DNA from: an archaeon
GTDB taxonomy: Archaea; Nanobdellota; Nanobdellia; Woesearchaeales; UBA9642
Length of the DNA: 64,000 nt
Reading direction: 5' to 3'
NCBI GenBank assembly: GCA_043806035.1
Contig: JAZDHK010000005.1
Location: 2,136-66,135, forward strand
In this document: positions 15,201 through 18,741 of the stretch, piece after piece
Position numbering within the stretch: the first letter of the stretch is position 1
Layout: every line of letters starts with the position of its first letter
Program-made: the position numbers and the translations under genes
Notes under the pieces: generated by a model
The model's input: only the letters and a program-made list of their open reading frames with translations
Databases searched by the model: none
What the model was told of the DNA's origin: nothing

Positions 15201-17964
15201 TGTACCATGTATAGTTGTAGATAACTTTTGGTTCTTCAGACGAGTTCGTCGTGCCGTTGCAGTAGCCGTAGAGGTCGTCGGTGTCGTTCGCTGTTGAATT
15301 GGGGTTGATCCTGCTCGTGCTCATGTTCGCTTGCGATGCATCATTGAACGCATATGCCGTCTCGTTCCCGAACGTGAATTGTTGTACGTGCTTGCCCGCA
15401 GTGTGCACCTTCACTGTCCACGTTGCCGTTTCATTGCACGAATAGTCCTCGTACAGGTACGAGATGTGTTCGCTTCTGTTCGAGAAATCAGCGACGGGCA
15501 TCGTTTCTGTTTCCGTGACGTAGTAGGAATGCTCGGTGCGGTTCTCTGCCTTGCTGAACAGCGTCGCGTTGCCGCATGCGAGTGAGAGTATTTCGAGATC
15601 GTCTTCCGTTTCAGGATTATCATTGCCCTCCTCCAGATACGTGGTGCCGTTGATAGCTGCAATGCTCAAGTTACCCTCTCCTGACGTGTTGATGCTGACC
15701 TGCCACAGCCCTCCCACATACGGGTAGCTCTGCACGTTGAGGATGGTAATGCTAACTTCGTACGTCTGGTTGCTCAGCGAAGGAGTAATCCATGAGATGT
15801 AGTCAATCAACCCGTTGTTGTTCTCATCATAATACGAAACGCCCTCCACCTTTACTCGGGTATTGTTCACGAGCCAGTAGAGCGTGATGCTCTCCCGTCT
15901 CACATCTGGAATTGCCGTGTACGTGAAGATGTCCGTGTAGTGCACGTCTGAAGAAACCACGACTTGTTTCCTTCCTTGCACGAATGCTGTTTCCGTGCTT
16001 GTTGGCCCTTCCGTGTAGTATTCTACCTGGATGTGCTGGGCCTCTTCGTGAACGGTAATAGTTATGCTGTCGCTTGTATCCACTCGTGTTTCCTGTTCGG
16101 GAACGGAGAAGTCAGCAATCACATTGCCCGTGATGAGACCGTCCTCTGCAGATTCGGCAGGCGGAGCGCCTTCTCTCGTTATTTTCTCTTCAGGAATTTC
16201 TACTACTGTATTGTTGGTGATCTCTTTCGCAGAGAGATTGTATGCGAGCACAGGGATGGTGGTGGTGAAGTTCTGCACTATCTCCTCTGCCCGTATGTCT
16301 TCCACCCAGCGTACTGGTTTGTTGATGATGACCATTCTCGTGAGGTTGCGCAGGAAACTCGGCAGCGTCGCATTCGTTCTGTTCTGCGTGATGTTAATCA
16401 GGAAAACGTTGCTCTTCACGAGCGATTCGCCGTCAGTAGCATAGATGAACGTTGCATACTCCCCCTCCCGTCCAGAGAATGAGATAGATTCTCCGTGTAC
16501 CTCGACAGTGAGGTCTGTGCTCTTGGTGCTGAACACTAGCGGATCATGATCGGGGTCGAGGAAGTGCGTGCTGGCGTTGATGGTCAGTGTTTCATTCTCC
16601 TCGAGCGTGTAGTTGCCGACTTGTGCGATTTGCTCTGGCTCTCTGTTTCCTGCCGTGTAGGTGATGCTGTCGATGGTGATGCTGCCCTCTACCTCGATGT
16701 ACAGGAGTGCCTTGTCCAACATCAGACTGCATGCCTGGCCGCACACATTGTCAAAGGAGAACGGCACGAGTTCTGAAACATTGGTTGCATTGCTTACGTT
16801 CGTGCTCAGGTTCTGCTCAAGCTGGGTGATATTCTCTACGAGGGTTTCGTTCTTGATGAGCGTCTCATTCTCAACTTCGCTGCCAATCGTCACGTTTTCA
16901 GGCACGGTCTCGTTCAGCGTTGCGTTTGCGTCTGTGGTCTCATTCGGGATCAGTGTGGTGTTCTCCGTGATAGCTGTGGTGTTCTCTGGGATGATGGTTG
17001 CATTCTCTGCAGTTGCATTCACCAATTCATTCGCTGTTTCATTCATGCTTTCGTTCAACGTTGCATTCAAGGGATGCTCTTGCGTCTCATTCTGTGTCTC
17101 GTCAATGATGGGCTGGCTGATGTTTTCTTCAGTGAGGTTTTCTGCTAGCTCAAGGGGAGTCTCTGGCATGTCCTGCTCGGAAGATGGTTCTGTGCTGTTT
17201 TCGGAAACGTTGTCAGAGACGATTTCTTCAACAATCATTTCATCTGTGTGTGTGTCAAAAGAAGTATTGAGAGCAGTGTCTGCTGGTGTTTCTTGAAGTG
17301 GTGTTTCGGGAATTTGCTCTGCTGGTGTGCTTTCTTCCTGGACTGGCGGTTGCGTTGTTTCCTCGATGACGTCTTGAGGGACAGGTTCTGGTGCAGTGGC
17401 GGTTGTTATTTCTTCCGGCGGCAGTTCTTGCTCAGGAGGCGTTTCTTCAATGACTCTTCCCGTCAGTAAGTTCTGCTCGTTCTTCTGTTCTGTCGTGAAG
17501 AGCAACATGCGCTCTCCATCGGTGAGCAAGTAAATGCGTGCAGTGCCCTGGCCGTGTCCGGTGATGTGTAGTCCGCTGACGTTCGTGAGTCCAGTGTCAT
17601 ACGCAGTGTTCTCAGTGAATGTCTTGTTGATGAACAAGATTTTTTCTTGCGCAAACGTGAGCTTGCCGGTGATGCCCGCATAGTTGATCATGCCGACGAG
17701 GAGCAGGCCGAAGAGCAGGACGGTTATGGCAAGAAGCGGTGTGTGCCTGCTTTCAGTTCTTGGCTGACGCTTGAGATGCCTGATCTCTTCTTCTACTTCC
17801 TTGTAGTATTGTGTCTCTGGTTTGCCGTTGAAGAGCTTGTCGATGTGCTCTTGATAGTCCTGATAGGATATCTTTCGTTCATTGAGCAACTTGTTGAGTT
17901 TGCTCTGTACATGCAAGGTCTTTTCCTTTAGCTGTTCAAGCTTTCGTGCTCTACTTGCGTGCAT
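1..17964 (-). CDS. Giant membrane-anchored cell-surface or adhesin-like protein, partial (at least 5988 aa in window; the 3' end lies beyond the window start). Domain order: N-terminal ~75-aa charged/coiled segment, one TM helix, acidic NxS/T-rich linker, four 7-bladed RCC1-like beta-propellers, at least five LamG/ConA-like lectin domains, two parallel beta-helix (PbH1) regions, and recurring Ig-like 'SPANQTNTT..CNITDD..WNS' and 'SAFFDWNN' modules.
   Basis: Manual reverse-strand translation from ATG (plus-strand 'cat') at 17962-17964 gives MHASRARKLEQLKEK...HTPLLAITVLLFGLLLVGMINYAGI (TM). It continues in one frame with no stop down to nt 1. The ORF track lists no minus-strand ORF of at least 60 aa beginning near 17964, which is expected because the track appears to list only ORFs that end in a stop inside the window. 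Repeats such as HTCGIRANDSRVLCWGDNxxGQLGDG (RCC1 blades) and DExRIxxRxLSxxEInASYNnG (LamG C-terminus) are plainly readable. The plus-strand 'MAIRIVSPAQYSAVV...' ORFs are their antisense shadows. An in-frame TAG sits 22 codons upstream of the ATG. Confidence 0.85.
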   Translation of the reverse strand, partial: MHASRARKLEQLKEKTLHVQSKLNKLLNERKISYQDYQEHIDKLFNGKPETQYYKEVEEEIRHLKRQPRTESRHTPLLAITVLLFGLLLVGMINYAGITGKLTFAQEKILFINKTFTENTAYDTGLTNVSGLHITGHGQGTARIYLLTDGERMLLFTTEQKNEQNLLTGRVIEETPPEQELPPEEITTATAPEPVPQDVIEETTQPPVQEESTPAEQIPETPLQETPADTALNTSFDTHTDEMIVEEIVSDNVSENSTEPSSEQDMPETPLELAENLTEENISQPIIDETQNETQEHPLNATLNESMNETANELVNATAENATIIPENTTAITENTTLIPNETTDANATLNETVPENVTIGSEVENETLIKNETLVENITQLEQNLSTNVSNATNVSELVPFSFDNVCGQACSLMLDKALLYIEVEGSITIDSITYTAGNREPEQIAQVGNYTLEENETLTINASTHFLDPDHDPLVFSTKSTDLTVEVHGESISFSGREGEYATFIYATDGESLVKSNVFLINITQNRTNATLPSFLRNLTRMVIINKPVRWVEDIRAEEIVQNFTTTIPVLAYNLSAKEITNNTVVEIPEEKITREGAPPAESAEDGLITGNVIADFSVPEQETRVDTSDSITITVHEEAQHIQVEYYTEGPTSTETAFVQGRKQVVVSSDVHYTDIFTYTAIPDVRRESITLYWLVNNTRVKVEGVSYYDENNNGLIDYISWITPSLSNQTYEVSITILNVQSYPYVGGLWQVSINTSGEGNLSIAAINGTTYLEEGNDNPETEDDLEILSLACGNATLFSKAENRTEHSYYVTETETMPVADFSNRSEHISYLYEDYSCNETATWTVKVHTAGKHVQQFTFGNETAYAFNDASQANMSTSRINPNSTANDTDDLYGYCNGTTNSSEEPKVIYNYTWYRNDVLNTSGRLFKANTITTGGVHTCGIRANDSYILCWGDNTYGQLGNGSTGGNSHNPIPINDTSAYLMVSASNVHTCAIRANDSRVLCWGDNQRGQLGDGTTTDKLNPTLINDTAAYTQVGVGGWPSAPNTWGTTCGIRANDSRVLCWGSNTYGQLGDGTEDTDRINPTLINTTSSFSSISVGGDSTCGIRANDSRVLCWGLNGNGQLGDGSTTQKNNPTLINDTSAYSMITIESFSNGIGVTCGIRANDSRVLCWGDNSMGQVGIGSATGNEPNPKQTTDTAAYSWITVSITDACGIRANDSRVLCWGIDYVGEGGHGDATERDSPVLIDDTASYVIVDAGGDNSAAFNSFSTCGVLLNGTAKCWGGNYYYELGDGTNTQRNSPVYVNSTSSYMPGFPSGQEVFVSMQHNRHTTNGDSWILSCQAQDGFSNSTWLNSSATTIGPPYNPPNITWEYPTPENGATTTNDWAYLNATVNASLNTSAFFDWNNTLGAYWNFEYYNTSGILDNSSNNYFATFGAGLSTSNISTGRYGKGLNFSTGATLSAAGANGTFITAPLTVEIWFKYDVLPNETGTASYIFGKWHSETPWYSWLIYGLASDNKTNVAFRNSTSTMSGVISDASATVGTWYHYVFTLNESYNVSVYINGDKQTATAGMTDLYPSNSSVKIGSSGYPFKGIVDEARIHQRVLSWQEINASYNNGLFRLENNFTQLDNGTYSYTAWATDENGNMTKSTQTITIDGAPPTVTLVSPANQTRTITADNTFTCNITDNAGIANVTLYVWNSTGDNVAADISEWCYQESANTLTSCGGLATGAYALTGMWTDGGNLNDGNYESYGTYLPDEEEPGYMYVNYSKPARAQSTSLWQVKDNEATMNLSLPQLCWDQTSLQLRAESDQHNTDTYWQCWNSTDWQTLRSYLSSARIWEEGMWWNISRTTVSVGGTSNSTNWTVTLPYEGSFTWNCEGNDSVGNSNWGQNYSIAYYALPNITWEDPTPEVGENITTAWAYLNATITSLLNTSAFFDWNRSLVAYYSFEYYNDTHVFDNSTYGYNATFTNMTPSPIGEGKFGQGVTFTGGNASYLNVSSNENLLEDYTEMTICLWFKRADDGLGTTQVLLRDRHGDNDNFTQLIWQESNSLIFGCKRAGTEYSVGLSDSILLADTWYYGCGTYNSTSMRVYVNGQLNDSLANGNCSLSRTNPNWVTIGSGSYCCGFNGSIDELKIWNRTLSWQEINASYNSGLYQLKNNFTDVTLGIASRTYNYTAWAIDQNGSTVKDARQSSTTACTSPSGNETLSQATNCADSNLAVDALTISSDAALNLTNTNLTVNVLNITGNLTLQNSTLRVNGTTSVANGAIFISRDGGSTLWFNDNLTINGTVIWDNETIRMNGTENGSANIIVQDAGNLSTNLSNITNGDVAEAKYEISADQTARLSIINTSIENVGWNLATGMTIAAQNFTYINSSAYQTTPAYPFQINLTTYNRIMPSNLVYYGRNDTLFLCTGCTLYVSNWTLLAGSIVKSASTPAGNGSINVANLNYTYSSSTLTYFTSINDNTVGANISGSNATPSKGDWGSINSTTTYHFEWMQVSYASGRPYLDGPTAGMIIYDNIFKENDGYINFNTITEFKKNLIINCTDGLKGKQINYEAFIVASNTFDGILGVAIEEIGSANYPQNSITNNLFLNTNTSISFNDSEVLDTYVHDYNAHYNVACRYYNQTEDNCTNQTYSNEINLTDNPLVAANGNSHYLNQSSPIINAGSYYGGSPLASSGYGTNPDGMSGDLSPLDIGYHYYGYRIPPYITVNSPANDATVSSVNLNISVNGTLPSTVRFFGSMNASQLDTSVLRYNLSITNTTSIYPWTSAPIAADDNTVLLVHFDNLSEYGENDTFARDYSGNDNNATCDSCPVMDITGGKFGGAYNFSGEEYVEVPYSSSLALSNYTVAAWVNVDNDGDNNCVLSTRIGATDELFNFKIMKSSIQGSIGNGSDWLKETAACSRSADVGTWVQIVYVVHDGGYEIYVNGLRCDSGEFEGVPLLIAATNNLTIGECLDGSEFMSGSIDDVAVWDRNLSAEEVYYLYTMRNGAYYWMATANDSQLQNATGTYNFTLNASPNIVVSLDSPADASTNVKFTGDAASPFSCTAATAYSTVNDITLYAGTVGWQNVSYQSVSGFSANTTADFSNNINPVGLLMDKALSLGCYATNNASQSNWSTNKTVSGFSLGNFSQGTTLNGIANITIDDTRQAAINNGQTTFLQYFDYGPGDDFRANSGEVANYDGFSASLTYESMNGTAFLGCSNLCELRYPDSKNMDYGTVTFWFRKSYSGTGAFTLLQIYGSSIYHLTLSDINPSIMYAANVTLRHFKTVQTITANSGIASSGWHMYAVVWNKSLSDGEITLYRDGSKLVNSSGDLFPGADIGTLSVNISIGANMSLVNDAAGYYDEIAIYDAAYSSSVISQLYTNQSHTRFGNYSSQVFDIGSNASVWYTLSAATNDVGNITFQARNCDDAACNGENFTGPSGSNSTYYTDLTGQELNASTSRYFQYKAFFGREITSSSQPELYAVNITYLANDSVNCTPLSYGFNVLSTCSFSDQALIINGSLDIGSTGYLNLSNVTLIVNGNTRVRNGGTFKTVNGGSTIWQNGNLTINGTYILNRETLRMNGSSDGTYGITVQGSGTFNVSNSSNITNGETSTADYAFVVQSGATFNVQDSLISRAGYSDTTGSKGLEISAANAILARCNLSYIKSGIHLLGGSANLTGNNISMTTESYTGTMYGIDVTGGSATIQNNYISTDLNQTTHLLEVASNSNTFRNNTLAGVNSTILAFIPSRQHNTFDDMTGIITNNVAGTCIYSSAATNNTFTNFSFTDCNASRMLYLTGSGNYNLTLINPIGYNTSNITFSSAGATKLYVKWFADLFVGKLSGTAVSGATVLAYDNSYALFMNTTTDASGLITGQSFYEYSQNSTQVYPDNVTYFTNYSFIASRAGYATTHNKTWNLTQSQIGTGRINLSIVGCGDTITTDTNFTGNLSNDTGLGCPAGGITVTSGAAVDCNNYWIYGGDQGTGTGILADGASSLTNCNVYGFNRSVIVHDFGTTISGGTFKGGTTNQTRGLSFDGDVGALTVQHVTITNSSEYGVYLEGVPSQDYTFNNITIENNSGTGVYYDDSTGYVIGITINNSRIRYNYNGIVLKLADENYMSYVVQSNITNNTFNIVYPLSSTNDQNLTFLNNNVFGGTYDWIMSGTTKDQNATSNWWGTTNENTIAAQILDYSDSPVVGRVIYCPYLTSAYPGASLSTDDASQCTCDETVGSTACNGASCYILNSTSFSWDIMSQSDGTYNSNCCGDDSTEFYAQASSSGLPGFTNTTSACCNITNSCVFDRSCYENDTIPLDVDENSNLDYCLEGTWHDCFNDSQCDEGYFCSNNDCISYPEMNGSRINPTPTADTLLNLFGYCNASHTANLKVLYNYTWYNNTIIYQNALFKAETISAGRMHTCGIRANDSRVLCWGDNANGQIGDGDAPNDKLNPTLTADDSAYSTISSGDYHTCGIRANDSRVLCWGDNDNGQLGNGNTTNMWTPTPINDTTPYISIYGGRVHTCAIRNDSRVLCWGQNNVGQAGDGTTDTPKTNPTLINDSGAYMSVSAGYIHSCGIRANDSRVLCWGHNTNGQLGDGTQTQRENPTPINDTAGYRLVSTGGGDFGRHTCGIRANDSRVLCWGNNTEGALGDGTTTQRLNPTLINDTSAYTDVNAGWQHTCGIRANDSMALCWGKNDNGAVGDGSQTDRLNPALINDTATYRYITAGAHYSCGVRANDGQALCWGYNNWGQLGIGDTTQKLNPTTITDASSYFPGFPAGKEVLVGVIGSAFTETGENWTLSCSASDQNSQVTSWLNSSSTLITEDIAPVVHLVSPANQTNTTNDSYALACNITDDYQVKALTVYVWNSSGTLQTNVTTLAGVSNSTSWSYAFPHPDVFTWNCLGNDSFDNTAWSSEGNYTINYTPITVISVRISPALFANHTDNLLGYCNATHPTGGKVMYNYTWYNDSTAFMNGVVFKAGTLSAGTYHTCGIRANDSQVLCWGSNLWGMLGNGSDGGTSPNPIPINDSANYTAISAGYTHTCGIRANDSQVLCWGYNPYGALGDGTDTQHKNPWPINDTAYSLVGAGNYHTCGIRANDSKALCWGRNNYGMLGNGNTTNMYNPTLINDTAAYITITAAIEYTCGIRTNDSRVLCWGRNGNGQLGDGTQTNHYNPAPINDSAAYLSVSAGEYHACGILINGSVKCWGANSDGATGNGSTGGNALNPQLINDSAAYLTVSAGYGHTCAVRANDSQIMCWGSNGYGRLGNGSSGGTNPNPAPINDSAAYLSVSARAYRSCGIRTNDSQVLCWGVNDYGQLGNGNTTSMYNPTPINNTASFYPGWPSAQELLVSTLGNAFTSLGENWTLSCMATNTTLTSRWLNSSVTHILDQVAPTLAIQKNSSILEAGSESIYINWSATDGTGISDVVFNITYPDGSLLFSSSTAVSNVTLTFLNLTQLGQYNLTLWANDTSNNSNTANTSFSVNHTLPPVITWENPTPPDNELTTATYAYLNTTITDYSNTSAFFDWNNTLGAYWNFDAVNDTTVYDNSTGQKNLTNSTGSGFSFSAGKFGNSLWFSNGGEATNVTYDVAIANYTPYVTVPFTLEFWIYWNITPNASAEQAYPIMLMNSPSSWTWLIYGVTATNVTAFGVKNSSNDATYTNAGVCPAQTWCHIAFTINASGTLKGYRDGNLITTTTLPGAMIYNQTTNLRLGSYWSGGGGFNGSLDELRIYARELSWEEINASYNNTEFTLYHNFTNLEYGNQTYTAYAIDTAGHLSTSTRSVSILNLTLKVQLVSPANQTNTTQPTHAFMCNITDDTDSSALTLSIWNSTNDLITTNATAVGGIINSTNWTFTLPYADTYTWNCLGNDSDSNEEWSDEGNYTLTYIKPTMISASIIPTPSANNSDTLYGYCNATDPFEEKLVYNYTWYIDGAANITGMLVRPDTLTSGERHTCAIRTNDSRVLCWGDNSYGQLGNGTDGGNLTLPTLINDTAAYTTISAGYLHT
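2000..3075 (-). repeat. RCC1-like beta-propeller block 3 (7 blades)
   Basis: The run TCGIRANDSQVLCWGSN ... SCGIRTNDSQVLCWGVNDYGQLGNG was read directly. Coordinates are approximate. Confidence 0.7.
3700..4790 (-). repeat. RCC1-like beta-propeller block 2 (7 blades)
   Basis: The run HTCGIRANDSRVLCWGDNANGQIGDG ... SCGVRANDGQALCWGYNNWGQLGIG was read directly. The plus-strand shadow 'MAIIIVSPAEYSAVV' (4540..4725) is its antisense. Coordinates are approximate. Confidence 0.7.
14020..15190 (-). repeat. RCC1-like beta-propeller block 1 (7 blades: CGIRANDSRVLCWGxN...GQLGDG)
   Basis: Seven consecutive repeats of about 50 aa read in the translation. Plus-strand shadows include 14357..14746 and 14927..15214. 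Coordinates are approximate to about 50 nt. Confidence 0.7.
16810..17470 (-). repeat. Low-complexity acidic E/T/P/N-rich linker, dense in N-glycosylation sequons (NET/NAT/NES/NVS...)
   Basis: The translation reads EETPPEQELPPEEITTATAPEPVPQDV...NATLNESMNETANELVNATAENATIIPENTTAITENTTLIPNETTDANATLNETVPENVT. It is a stalk-like region between the TM anchor and the first globular domains. Confidence 0.6.
17670..17739 (-). other. Predicted single transmembrane helix (LLAITVLLFGLLLVGMINYAGI) anchoring the giant protein, N-terminus in the cytoplasm
   Basis: A hydrophobic stretch of about 23 residues follows a K/R/E-rich N-terminus. Everything downstream is NxS/T-rich and therefore predicted to be extracellular. 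Confidence 0.6.
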
Positions 17965-18187
17965 GTTCCCTCTTTCTTCTGGAACGTTGATAGACTGTCC
18001 AGATGGTCCGTTCGTTTCTGTTGAGGAGAATGGCTATTTCCTTGTACGTGTAGCCTCGCTTGTCCTTGAGAAATTCGACTATTGCCTCAAGCACTTTGAG
18101 GGTTCGGTCCTGGAAGATGTAGGAGGGGAAATTGACGTAGTCCGGGAGTTCTTTTTTTCGCTGTTCGTTACTGTCTTTTGTCGTCAC
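17951..18187 (-). CDS. Small HTH DNA-binding protein (LuxR/GerE- or sigma-70 region-4-like helix-turn-helix), 78 aa. Its last 14 nt overlap the start codon of the giant gene.
   Basis: ORF track protein MTTKDSNEQRKKELP...LKVLEAIVEFLKDKRGYTYKEIAILLNRNERTIWTVYQRSRRKREHARK. Its TAG stop at 17951-53 lies out of frame inside the first codons of the giant ORF (ATG 17964). A TATA-like box sits at 18231-18238 upstream. Confidence 0.6.
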   Translation of the reverse strand: MTTKDSNEQRKKELPDYVNFPSYIFQDRTLKVLEAIVEFLKDKRGYTYKEIAILLNRNERTIWTVYQRSRRKREHARK

Positions 18188-18214
18188 ACGCTCAGGCTAC
18201 ACTCATTTTTCTCG

Positions 18215-18226
18215 TACATTGTAAGT
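18215..18226. promoter_or_regulatory. Copy 1 of the 12-mer TACATTGTAAGT, lying between the TATA box (18231-38) and the HTH start codon (18187). Candidate operator.
   Basis: Exact 12-mer, repeated at 18291-18302 (direct) and 18332-18343 (inverted). Confidence 0.45.
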
Positions 18227-18290
18227 ATCATTTATAAAGTTTTCTTGTCTAATTATAGAGAAAAATGTGTGTATGAGCACAATTATATTT

Positions 18291-18302
18291 TACATTGTAA
18301 GT
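18291..18302. promoter_or_regulatory. Copy 2 of TACATTGTAAGT (direct orientation)
   Basis: Exact match. It forms an inverted-repeat pair with copy 3, separated by 29 bp. Confidence 0.4.
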
Positions 18303-18331
18303 GAAGATTAAGATAACATAAAGGAAAAGAT

Positions 18332-18343
18332 ACTTACAATGTA
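18332..18343. promoter_or_regulatory. Copy 3 of TACATTGTAAGT (inverted: ACTTACAATGTA)
   Basis: Exact reverse complement of the 12-mer. Confidence 0.4.
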
Positions 18344-18443
18344 GGTATTCTTTTTTTATTTTTCCGTCGCATCCACCTTTCCATATTGGTGAAGAAAACA
18401 CGAGAAAAATGGTTTAAATCTCCGTGCAAGCACAGCAGAAAGT

Positions 18444-18451
18444 TTATAAAC
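18444..18451 (+). promoter_or_regulatory. TATA box (TTTATAAA) about 24 bp upstream of tRNA-Asn
   Basis: The motif sits in the sequence gtttataaacc, 24 nt before the tRNA 5' end at 18475. Confidence 0.45.
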
Positions 18452-18474
18452 CATTCCTGAATTCTGAGCAGTGT

Positions 18475-18589
18475 GCCTCCGTAGCTTAACGGTGGAGCGT
18501 GCGGCTGTTATCCTTGCTGCGTTTGCACAAAAAAAAACACGGCAGGGCAAGTGACCGCAAGGTCACCGGTTCGAACCCGGTCGGAGGCG
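18475..18589 (+). tRNA. tRNA-Asn (anticodon GTT) containing an intron of about 43 nt at the canonical 37/38 position. The intron includes a 9-A run.
   Basis: Hand-folded cloverleaf. Acceptor GCCTCCG/CGGAGGC, D-arm GCT-TAACGGTGG-AGC, anticodon stem TGCGG/CCGCA with loop CTGTTAT, T-arm ACCGG-TTCGAAC-CCGGT, discriminator G. The antisense ORF 18356..18550 is a shadow. Confidence 0.7.
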
Positions 18590-18603
18590 TTGCACACATC
18601 AAC

Positions 18604-18707
18604 GAGCCCGTAGCTTAGCCTGGTGGAGCATCCGACTGATAAAAACGGCCGGTAAACTGGTCGATTGTCGTTTCGGAAGGTCGCGAGTTCAAATCTCGCC
18701 GGGCTCA
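18604..18707 (+). tRNA. tRNA-Ile (anticodon GAT) containing an intron of about 30 nt
   Basis: Acceptor GAGCCCG/CGGGCTC plus A, anticodon stem TCCGA/TCGGA with loop CTGATAA, T-arm GCGAG-TTCAAAT-CTCGC. The antisense ORF 18508..18708 begins 'MSPARFELATF', the classic tRNA antisense translation. Confidence 0.7.
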
Positions 18708-18741
18708 TAAATTATTTATACTACTTCTCACTTTCTCACCT

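Noticed and set aside
29-17296. Dozens of plus-strand ORFs (e.g. 97..555, 2803..3411, 3842..4237, 8935..9579, 10775..11428, 14357..14746, 16661..17296) with repetitive 'SPAQYSAVV/SPQHNTLLSFARMP' peptides
   Set aside because: They are antisense shadows of the uninterrupted minus-strand giant ORF. Their repetitiveness mirrors the RCC1 repeats read backwards. None has its own domain signature, and they tile the region in all three plus-strand frames.
18356-18708. Minus-strand ORFs 18356..18550 and 18508..18708 ('MSPARFELATF...')
   Set aside because: Antisense translations of the two tRNA genes (the classic GGTTCGAAxCC shadow peptide).
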